From Nanobdellota archaeon (lineage in GTDB: Archaea; Nanobdellota; Nanobdellia; Pacearchaeales; GW2011-AR1), in contig JBBSXC010000001.1 in assembly GCA_038045945.1 (NCBI GenBank), positions 52,592 to 116,591 on the forward strand: DNA of 64,000 nucleotides. The letters run 5' to 3'. Shown here piece by piece: positions 56,934 to 64,000 of the stretch (its first letter is position 1; every line of letters begins with the position of its first letter). The notes beneath the pieces were generated by a model. The model saw only the letters and a program-made list of their open reading frames with translations. It was not told the DNA's origin and ran no database searches. The translations under genes were made by a program, and so were the position numbers.

Positions 56934-57741
56934 ATTAGGAGTTTTTCTTGAAGGTGGTGGCATTAAGACTTTTTATGGAGGTGGAGTTATTGATCAATTA
57001 AAGGCTTTTGGGATAAAGCCCGATTATTATGCTGGCATAAGTGCTTCTGCTGGTACAATATTTGGTAACATTTTTTCTTGTAGTGAAGAAATAATTGATA
57101 TTTTTGGTAAGAGGTGTGATAATAATAAGAAAAACTTTTATTTCTTTAGAAAGCCTCACTTTCCTCATAACCATATGATGGAGAATTCTCTTATAAAAAT
57201 TTTTGATAAGCACATAAAGAATCCTAATTCTAAATCAGAATTCAAAATTATTGCCGGAATAACGAATAATAACTATTCTTGGGTTAAGACCCATTTGGTT
57301 CTTTATTTGATGATAATGAAAAATCTTCTTCGCATAAACCTCTTTGATTATTTCAGAAAAATGTTTTCTGTTAAAGAATCAAGTATTACCTCTGATGATA
57401 ACTTAGATAAAAAAGTTATTGTTAATTTTATTATGGGTTCTTCAAGCATCTATCCTTTCATCAAACCCCATTATCATGATGGTAAACTCTTGCTCGAGGC
57501 TAATTGTTTAGATCTAGATTACCAGAATTGTCTAAGTAATTGTGATAAAGGTATAATAATTCATAATTCTACTGGTAAAAGTTTTGTTAATGGTAAATTT
57601 TTACATGTTTATTCTTCTACTAGTTTGCCCAGTAACATTTTAGATTATACTAGCAAAGAAAAGCTTGTTAGTTTAAGAAAAGTTGGTATGCTAGAGGTAA
57701 AAAAGCAGAAATTTTTTGTTGAAAAGTTTATTTCTTCTTAA
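56917..57741 (+). CDS. patatin-like phospholipase
   Basis: LEGGGIKTFYGGG (oxyanion G-G-G-x-K motif), GISASAG (nucleophile-Ser region); alternative GTG start 56908; overlaps last 17-26 nt of sigma gene. Confidence 0.7.
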   Translation: MKKQHKLGVFLEGGGIKTFYGGGVIDQLKAFGIKPDYYAGISASAGTIFGNIFSCSEEIIDIFGKRCDNNKKNFYFFRKPHFPHNHMMENSLIKIFDKHIKNPNSKSEFKIIAGITNNNYSWVKTHLVLYLMIMKNLLRINLFDYFRKMFSVKESSITSDDNLDKKVIVNFIMGSSSIYPFIKPHYHDGKLLLEANCLDLDYQNCLSNCDKGIIIHNSTGKSFVNGKFLHVYSSTSLPSNILDYTSKEKLVSLRKVGMLEVKKQKFFVEKFISS

Positions 57742-57809
57742 TTTTCTCTTCGTTCTTGTCAACTTCTTGTATCTTTTAAGTGGTAATGTACAGTTTATTA
57801 AAAAAAGTG

Positions 57810-57827
57810 TCGTCGATTTATCGACGA
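57810..57827. promoter_or_regulatory. perfect palindrome tcgtcgat-tt-atcgacga upstream of ftsZ (candidate operator)
   Basis: 8-bp arms, 2-nt centre, in the 310-nt spacer before ftsZ. Confidence 0.35.
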
Positions 57828-57941
57828 TAAAACAACGTAGCTATAGGGTAAAAATATATAAAGAAGAAGTGCTTCGTGTTTGTATTAATTTGACCCGCCA
57901 AGATTAAATTAATACCGTTCGTTTAATGAAGAGTATTTCTT

Positions 57942-57969
57942 AAGAGTTATTTGTAACTCTTTTTATTAA
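57942..57969 (+). promoter_or_regulatory. hairpin aagagtta-tttg-taactctt followed by tttttatt (terminator/attenuator-like) about 90 nt upstream of ftsZ
   Basis: 8-bp stem, 4-nt loop, T-run. Confidence 0.35.
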
Positions 57970-58052
57970 TAGGATAAAGAACAAACAAGTATTTAAACTT
58001 GCCGTTTTATATTCTATCTAACAACACAAAAAGGAGGATACAAAAAAAGAAA

Positions 58053-59126
58053 ATGTTAAATTTTGCGGAAGAGGCGATTAAGAATTCTGCTGCTTACAGC
58101 ATCAACTTTGATGAACTTAAAGCCGGAAAAGCCAATATCAAGGTTTTCGGTTGTGGTGGAGCTGGTTGTAATATGATTACATGGCTCTTCAATAAGGGTA
58201 TCAATGGTGCTACTGTTTATGGTTTGAACACTGATGCACTTCACCTTAGTATTACTAAGGCTGATGAAAAAATCTTAATAGGTAAGGAACTTACTAGAGG
58301 TCTTGGATGTGGTGGTTTTCCTGCTAAAGGAAGAGAAGCTGCTAAAGAGTCAATCTCTGATATTAAGAAGGGTGTTAGTGGTGCAGACATGGTCTTCGTT
58401 CTTGCTGGTATGGGTGGAGGTACAGGTACTGGTTCAGCACCTGTTGTTGCTCAACTTGCTAAGGAAGCTGGCTCAGTAGTTATTGGTGTTGTCACTATGC
58501 CTTGGGAGATGGAGAAGGCTAGAATTGACAAAGCAGAATTTGGACTTCAGGAGCTTAGAGATGCAACGGACACTACAATTGTCCTTGACAATAACAGGCT
58601 TACTGATATTGCTGGTAATTTGCCTATTGAGCAAGCATTCGCTGTTGCTAATGAACTGGTTAGTACAATGATTAAGGGAATAGTGGAAACTATTACTCTC
58701 CCATCATTAATCAACCTGGACTATGCAGACGTTTCGGCCATCATGAAGGGTGGTGACGTTGCTGTCATTGGTATTGGTGAAAGCGACACTCAGAATAGAG
58801 TAGATGAAGCTGTTCGTCAAGCATTGACTCACCCATTACTGGATGTTGACTATAGGGGCGCTACTGGTGCTCTTGTTCACATTAGTGGTGGTACTGACTT
58901 AAAGCTTGAAGAATTTAGTAATATTGGTATGTTAGTTACTGAAAACCTTTCACCAGATGCTCAAGTGATCATCGGTGCGAGAATCAACAAGGATTTTGCA
59001 GGTAAAGTAAGAGTTATTACCATCATGACTGGTGTTAAGAGCCCTTATGTTCTTGGCAAACAAAGAACTAACTCCTATGAGTCTAGCTCAGAGATGTCAG
59101 AGCTTGGAATAGAGGTTTTAAGATAA
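58053..59126 (+). CDS. ftsZ: cell division GTPase FtsZ
   Basis: [11 protein letters not shown], tubulin signature GGGTGTG, T7 loop; GGAGGA Shine-Dalgarno 14 nt upstream of ATG 58053 (ORF track extends to 57999). Confidence 0.9.
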   Translation: MLNFAEEAIKNSAAYSINFDELKAGKANIKVFGCGGAGCNMITWLFNKGINGATVYGLNTDALHLSITKADEKILIGKELTRGLGCGGFPAKGREAAKESISDIKKGVSGADMVFVLAGMGGGTGTGSAPVVAQLAKEAGSVVIGVVTMPWEMEKARIDKAEFGLQELRDATDTTIVLDNNRLTDIAGNLPIEQAFAVANELVSTMIKGIVETITLPSLINLDYADVSAIMKGGDVAVIGIGESDTQNRVDEAVRQALTHPLLDVDYRGATGALVHISGGTDLKLEEFSNIGMLVTENLSPDAQVIIGARINKDFAGKVRVITIMTGVKSPYVLGKQRTNSYESSSEMSELGIEVLR

Positions 59127-59183
59127 TAGTTTCCAAATTATTATCATACTCCAGTATTCGGCAAGCTCATGATTTGTTTTTTT

Positions 59184-59252
59184 GAGGATCCGCCCATAAG
59201 GGAAGCGTTTCGCGACGCGTCCTAAGGGATTGGGCGGCCTCCATTTTTTTAT
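59184..59252 (+). terminator. GC-rich compound stem-loop followed by T7 run downstream of ftsZ
   Basis: gagg-at-ccgccca ...34 nt... tgggcgg-cctcc then attttttt; ~60% GC against ~30% background. Confidence 0.45.
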
Positions 59253-59301
59253 GTTTTATGGCTGCAAGTATGAAAGGTTTTTTAGGCTACTAGTCTTTTT
59301 T

Positions 59302-59856
59302 TTAGAATATTTTTATTAATGTGTTGCTGAAGTATCCTGTGTTTGAGCAGTGGTATACTTTGTGTGTTACTTGATTTAGATTTCCGTAATAGATTAAGTT
59401 GTTTTTTTCTAATAATTCATCGTTTTCTTTTGCGTATTTTACTTGTGGTGGTTTGAACTTTTCTGGTTTGTAGCCTAAACATTCTTGGAATGCTTTTATT
59501 CCTTCATTCATTTCTTCTTGTGTTCTTTGTGTTTCGAATTCTCTATAAGTATGGCGTATTCCGTGCAGCCCTAATGTTTTATTGAAGCTTTTAATGTAGT
59601 TGCACCATTGTGTGTTATTTGCTATTGACTGGTTTTGGTATAGTGGTATAATCCATAAAACATCGCTTTTTCTTATTAGTTCTTCATCGCATTGTATTAG
59701 TGGGTTTAGATCGTCTAACTCTGCTCGGTTTATTAGTCTGATTGTAAATAATGCTAATATCAGTATTAGTATAGTAGCTGTTGTTATTATCAATCCCTTT
59801 TTTGTTTTGTTCATTAGAAAGAATTTATTGTCTTTTGTTCTTATCCCATTCTTCAA
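59302..59856 (-). CDS. membrane-anchored hypothetical protein
   Basis: N-terminal TM, 184 aa. Confidence 0.4.
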   Translation of the reverse strand: MKNGIRTKDNKFFLMNKTKKGLIITTATILILILALFTIRLINRAELDDLNPLIQCDEELIRKSDVLWIIPLYQNQSIANNTQWCNYIKSFNKTLGLHGIRHTYREFETQRTQEEMNEGIKAFQECLGYKPEKFKPPQVKYAKENDELLEKNNLIYYGNLNQVTHKVYHCSNTGYFSNTLIKIF

Positions 59857-60376
59857 AGTATAGTGTGTCTTCTATTTTTGGTTTCGCTGTCGCTTTTTTT
59901 CTGTCTCCTAACTTTACTGGTGCTTCGTAACCTATTGGTATTATTGCTTCCACTTCTACTTCTTTTGGTATTTTTAGTAATCTTTTTATTATTCTGTCTG
60001 AGAAGTGTCCTATCCAACAACTTGCCATTCCTGCTTCACTTATTGCTAGTAGCATGTTGTTTATTGCTGCTCCTGCTTCTTGGTGTGCGAACATTTCTCC
60101 TTTTTTTTCAAAGTTTCTTAATAGTTGTTCTTTTCGCGAGCATACGACTATTATTGCTGATACATCTGCCAGGAATCCTTGTTGGCATGCGTCTGCTATT
60201 TGCATAATCTTTTTTTGTTCGCTTACTATTATGTAGTTTAGTGTTGGTATGTTTCCTGCTAGTGGTACTTGGTTTGCGTAGTCTATTATTTCTGCTACTT
60301 CTTTCCAACTCACAGTTTTTTCTTTTATGTATGATCTTACTGATTTTCTCTTTTTTAATAAGTCGTAAAAATTCAT
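59825..60376 (-). CDS. nitroreductase-family protein
   Basis: KRKSVRSY (R-x-S-x-R nitroreductase N-motif), probable start MNFYDLL at 60376. Confidence 0.7.
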   Translation of the reverse strand: MNFYDLLKKRKSVRSYIKEKTVSWKEVAEIIDYANQVPLAGNIPTLNYIIVSEQKKIMQIADACQQGFLADVSAIIVVCSRKEQLLRNFEKKGEMFAHQEAGAAINNMLLAISEAGMASCWIGHFSDRIIKRLLKIPKEVEVEAIIPIGYEAPVKLGDRKKATAKPKIEDTLYFEEWDKNKRQ

Positions 60377-60452
60377 ATAATGAGTATGTTTGGCAGGTAT
60401 AAAAACTTTGAGATGCATTTTGTTAAGCACTTCTAAACCTCAAGAACTTTTT

Positions 60453-60824
60453 TTATAATATGTCGGCTCTGTCTATTTGTTCAAGAGTACTTTTAAGTGT
60501 TGCATCCAGGTCTTTTGCGTTAACACGGTTATTTCTAACAATCAACTTTTTTGCTTCTGCAAGGTTTCTTTCTGCTTCTTTCCATAAGCCTTTACTTAGT
60601 GATGCGCCTTCAAATGTTCCTACGTAGAAGTCTCTTCTGAGCCCGCCAGTCATACCCCTTCTTCTTTCTACTTCTGTTACAACAACGTTTGTGTTAGTTC
60701 CCTCATAGTTTGCTATGTAGAAGTTATGGTTTGCGTCATCATCACTTATAGTCATATTCGGTTCTTCACCATTAATTCCTGCTCTTCTCAGCGTTTCTGC
60801 CTTAGCGTATCCTGTTAGTGTCAT
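60453..60824 (-). CDS. hypothetical protein
   Basis: 123 aa. Confidence 0.35.
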   Translation of the reverse strand: MTLTGYAKAETLRRAGINGEEPNMTISDDDANHNFYIANYEGTNTNVVVTEVERRRGMTGGLRRDFYVGTFEGASLSKGLWKEAERNLAEAKKLIVRNNRVNAKDLDATLKSTLEQIDRADIL

Positions 60825-60864
60825 GATTATCTAGGGTTATTTGGTATTAAAAGCATTGTTGTTT

Positions 60865-61986
60865 TTAGGAGGATACTATTCCACCACCTATTACTTCGTA
60901 GCTTTTTGGTTTGTATATTACGCTTGCTTGCCCTTGACTTATTCCTGTTGCTCCTTCTTTTAGTGTTATTGTGAAACTTTTCTTTTTTGTTTCGTATTTC
61001 ATTTTTGCTGGTAATAATTCTCCTACTTTTCTTATTCTAACGTCCACCGTCATTTTTTTCTTTTTTGTTTCCTTAATGTCTTCTGTTATTAGGTGTAAAT
61101 TTTTTATTGTGAAGTATTTTTTCAGTAATATTGGGTGTCCTTTTGGTGCTGCTACTATTATGTTTTTCTTTACGTCTTTTTTTGCTACGTACCACCTTTG
61201 TGAATTAATCCTGTCGCGCACGCCAGGATTAATGTCAATACCAAAACGCGGGCCTATTCTTTGTCCTATTGTGTAGTAGAACACTCCGTCATGTTCTCCT
61301 ATGATTTTTCCTTCTGGCGAGAGTATTTTTCCTTTTTTTTGTTTTATTTTCTTTTTTAAGAATTCTTTCAGATTTACCTTTCCTATGAAGCATATTCCTT
61401 TTGTTGATTCTCTGTCATGGTTTGGTAATTCTAGTTTTTTTGCTATGTTTCTTATTTCTTTTTTTGTGTATTCTCCTATTGGGAATAGTGTGTGGCTTAA
61501 GTCTTCTTGACTTAGTCTGTATAGGAAGTATGATTGATCTTTTAGGTCTTCTTTTCCTCTAAGTAAATAATACTTGTTTTTTTTCTTTTTTATTCTTGCG
61601 TAATGTCCCGTTACTATGTACTGGCACCCTAATTTTTTTGCTGCTTTCCATAATAATGGGAATTTTACTAGTTGGTTGCAGTCTACGTCAGGGTTTGGTG
61701 TTATTCCTTCTTTGTATTGTTTGAACATTTCTTCTACTACACTTTTGCGGTATTCTTTTTCGAAATCTAGGGTTATTAGCGGTAGGTTTAGTTTTGCTGT
61801 TACACGTCTTGCCATTCTTCTGTCTTCGCGCCAGGAGCATTCTCCCATATCGTTTTTTGTGTCACTCCAATTTTTCATGAATGCACAAATAACTTCGTGT
61901 CCTTCTTTATTCATTAAGTATGCTGCAATACTTGAGTCTACTCCACCCGATAACGCTACTAGTACTTTAGTTTTTTTCTTTTCCAT
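60865..61986 (-). CDS. mnmA: tRNA-specific 2-thiouridylase MnmA (bacterial type)
   Basis: KVLVALSGGVDSSIAAYLM PP-loop (SGGxDS), catalytic Cys contexts, 373 aa. Confidence 0.85.
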   Translation of the reverse strand: MEKKKTKVLVALSGGVDSSIAAYLMNKEGHEVICAFMKNWSDTKNDMGECSWREDRRMARRVTAKLNLPLITLDFEKEYRKSVVEEMFKQYKEGITPNPDVDCNQLVKFPLLWKAAKKLGCQYIVTGHYARIKKKKNKYYLLRGKEDLKDQSYFLYRLSQEDLSHTLFPIGEYTKKEIRNIAKKLELPNHDRESTKGICFIGKVNLKEFLKKKIKQKKGKILSPEGKIIGEHDGVFYYTIGQRIGPRFGIDINPGVRDRINSQRWYVAKKDVKKNIIVAAPKGHPILLKKYFTIKNLHLITEDIKETKKKKMTVDVRIRKVGELLPAKMKYETKKKSFTITLKEGATGISQGQASVIYKPKSYEVIGGGIVSS

Positions 61987-62018
61987 GATGTTTTTTAGAA
62001 ATGTTTTGTTAAAAGTTT

Positions 62019-62603
62019 TTATTTGCTCATCTTTTTTAGTAATTCTACCACTATTGGTAATTCTTTTGTGCTGGCTGTTTCTTCGTCAAAGTGTCCCATT
62101 CCGGATAGCATTATTATTTCGCTGTCTAGGTTGCTTTGGTATAGTGTTACGTTGTTCATTGGTACGTATGGGTCGTTGTCCGAGAATATTGCTACAAACT
62201 TCTTTGCTCTAGTTTTTATTTTTTCAAAGTTTGTTTTCATTTCCAGCCATGGTTTAGCTGTTAGCTTCATTTGAGGCTCAGGCGTTGCTTCTTTGCTTAG
62301 TGAGAACCATCCTCCTACGAATATTACTCCTCCGCATACGTCTCCATCTGCTACTTCTCCTTCTAAATATTTCATTACTGCTTTGCATCCTATGCTGTGG
62401 CATATGAAGTATGTTTCTTCGTCTACTTCTCCTACAATTTTTACTAGTTTTTCTACCCATTCCCTAATTACTGGTGAATGTGTGTCTGGCATTTCTGGTA
62501 TTTCTACTTTGAATCCTTCTTTTTCGAGTGTTCTGGCTACACTTTCGTACCAGTTCATTTTTGGGTTAAAATCCCATCCGTGAATAATGAATACTCTCTT
62601 CAT
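62019..62603 (-). CDS. alpha/beta serine hydrolase, RBBP9/YdeN-like
   Basis: MKRVFIIHGW, nucleophile elbow FICHSIGC, 194 aa. Confidence 0.6.
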   Translation of the reverse strand: MKRVFIIHGWDFNPKMNWYESVARTLEKEGFKVEIPEMPDTHSPVIREWVEKLVKIVGEVDEETYFICHSIGCKAVMKYLEGEVADGDVCGGVIFVGGWFSLSKEATPEPQMKLTAKPWLEMKTNFEKIKTRAKKFVAIFSDNDPYVPMNNVTLYQSNLDSEIIMLSGMGHFDEETASTKELPIVVELLKKMSK

Positions 62604-62694
62604 AGCAATAATTTAGGGTTTTTTGTCATATATTAATCTTGCTAATAAGTTTGTTATAGTTAAGCTTATAAATTAGGAAAATTGGTTTTATTTT

Positions 62695-62928
62695 ATGAGT
62701 AGGGCTTTGGAGTTTTTTAGACGAATCGATTTAAAATCATTAGCTAATGCTGCTGGCCAAGTAGTCGTTCCCGGTTATTCCACGGCTCATTATGTTTATT
62801 TTGATAGGTACGCCGCTAACCCTCAAACTGATGGAAAAGTTTATGTTTTTGAGCAGAGAGCTAAAAGGTTTGGTTTAGATCTTGTTAAAGGCTTGGCTTG
62901 GTACGGTCTTTATGAGATTGTTAAATAA
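62695..62928 (+). CDS. hypothetical small protein
   Basis: 77 aa. Confidence 0.3.
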   Translation: MSRALEFFRRIDLKSLANAAGQVVVPGYSTAHYVYFDRYAANPQTDGKVYVFEQRAKRFGLDLVKGLAWYGLYEIVK

Positions 62929-62935
62929 CATTTTT

Positions 62936-63415
62936 TTATTCTATTTTTAGCCCTGGGAATAGTTTTCTTTCTTCTTGTAATTCTGCCTTTCTTTCGCTCA
63001 TTTTCCAGCCTAAGTCTAATAATTGGTCTTTTCCCATTGCTTTTCTTGCTTTTGGGAACATTTCTGATTCTTCTTCATGGGCGTGATGCCCTACTAACTC
63101 TTTTAGTATTTTAGCTTTTGCTGAGAATACGTCTTGGTTTTTTTCTCCTCCCATTTTTGATATTAGGTAGTCTACTAGCTCTTGCTCTTCGTGTGCTTCA
63201 TAGAATAATTCTCTTCCTTCTTGTGTATTAACTGCGTTTTTGAATGCTGGATAAAATATTTCTTCTTCTATTTTAGTGTGTATAGTTAGTTCTTTCTTTA
63301 TTTTTTTAAATAATTCTTCATTAATGATTTTTGATGCTGTTAGTCTTTTTAATAATTCTCTAACTGTTTTATGATCATCTTTCAATAATTTAATTGCGTC
63401 CATTCTCTTAGCCAT
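62936..63415 (-). CDS. hemerythrin-like (HHE cation-binding) domain protein
   Basis: LLKDDHKTVRELL, EEEIFYP, HHAHEEESEMFP His/Glu ligand pattern. Confidence 0.65.
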   Translation of the reverse strand: MAKRMDAIKLLKDDHKTVRELLKRLTASKIINEELFKKIKKELTIHTKIEEEIFYPAFKNAVNTQEGRELFYEAHEEQELVDYLISKMGGEKNQDVFSAKAKILKELVGHHAHEEESEMFPKARKAMGKDQLLDLGWKMSERKAELQEERKLFPGLKIE

Positions 63416-63531
63416 TATACTTAGAGTTCAATGACCCATAAAAAGCCGTGCAGTATGAAAGATAACGACTAAAATATAGAATTCTCCCATCCTTTAATGC
63501 TAGTTTTAGTGTTCTTTATCTAGCGTGTGTA

Positions 63532-63606
63532 CGTCCCGGGGAGGATTTGAACCTCCGACCCCCTGATTAACAGTCAGGTGCTCTAACCGGACTGAGCTAC
63601 CGAGAC
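63532..63606 (-). tRNA. tRNA-Asn (anticodon GTT)
   Basis: acceptor GTCTCGG/CCGGGAC, D-arm GCTC-AGTCCGGTTA-GAGC, anticodon stem CCTGA/TCAGG with loop CTGTTAA, T-arm GGAGG-TTCAAAT-CCTCC. Confidence 0.85.
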
Positions 63607-63702
63607 ACAAAACAAACAAGAAAATACGCGTATTTAAGTTTAATTGTTAATAGGATGAATCCTGCGTTCTAGTATAGAAGTGTTTAAATTGTTCTTAGTC
63701 AT

Positions 63703-64000
63703 GATACACTCCATGGATTCTAGACCTATTCCTGAAAGAATAAGTGAAAGAGTTTATAATGGTAGGAGTTTAGCTGAGATGCTCAATTTTTCTAGGGATT
63801 ATGGTGCTAGTGATATTAAGTTTGTTGTTGGTTTGCCACCTTATTTTAGAAGGGGTGAAGGATTAGTTCATAATCTTGGTGATGGTAAGGGCGCTTTTGA
63901 GCCAGTAAATCTTGAAACTATGAATAAGTTTGTTGATTGTTTAACAACACAAAAGCAGAGGGACAAGTTATTATCTGGAGAGGAGGATTTAGATATGTCA
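63703..64000 (+). CDS. PilT-like type IV pilus retraction ATPase, N-terminal part (truncated by window end)
   Basis: GASDIKFVVGLPPYFRRGEGLVH...EPVNLETMNKFVDCLTTQKQRDKLL parallels PilT N-domain (ASDLHLSAGLPPMIRVDGDVRRI...IMNDKQRKDF). Confidence 0.6.

Noticed and set aside
1-64000. Search for CRISPR arrays and rRNA genes
   Set aside because: No regularly spaced direct repeats of 25-40 nt with unique spacers were seen. No stretches resemble 16S/23S/5S conserved cores. The only repeats found are the tRNA-Glu-derived att-like copies and the two 40-nt paralogous repeats at 31.1-31.3 kb.

Overview
The window is an AT-rich, gene-dense segment that reads as a small archaeon, probably DPANN-like. Archaeal markers are an RNA polymerase E' / Spt4 / S24e / S27ae cluster, GatD and GatE, archaeal-type UMP kinase, a eukaryote/archaea-type TrpRS, a Fcf1-like PIN protein and an intron-containing tRNA. 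I place seven tRNA genes by hand, all on the minus strand: Glu-CTC, Gln-CTG, Trp-CCA, His-GTG, Glu-TTC, Asn-GTT and an intron-containing Ile-UAU. There are no rRNA genes and no CRISPR array. The window carries an unusual load of bacterial-type genes: a second, bacterial-type TrpRS with an Fe-S-like Cys motif, a sigma-28/FliA-family sigma factor, MnmA, a PilT-like ATPase, a SleB-like cell-wall hydrolase, and an MBOAT/AlgJ-like pair.

The candidates most worth a second look are these. (1) A five-gene minus-strand operon with overlapping ends: bacterial TrpRS, a PLP decarboxylase, a SAM methyltransferase, a GNAT-like protein and an amidohydrolase. It looks like a tryptophan/amine-modifying cassette carrying its own auxiliary TrpRS. 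(2) A sigma-70-family (FliA-like) sigma factor gene whose end overlaps a patatin-like phospholipase gene, inside an otherwise archaeal context. (3) att-like partial copies of the tRNA-Glu(CTC) 3' end that bracket small cassettes with decayed gene fragments, suggesting integrated-element remnants. (4) An ~800-nt non-coding region holding two paralogous ~40-nt repeats with compensatory stem changes and a strong 14-bp hairpin.

All annotations rest on motif-level reading of the supplied translations and manual tRNA folding. No database searches were run.
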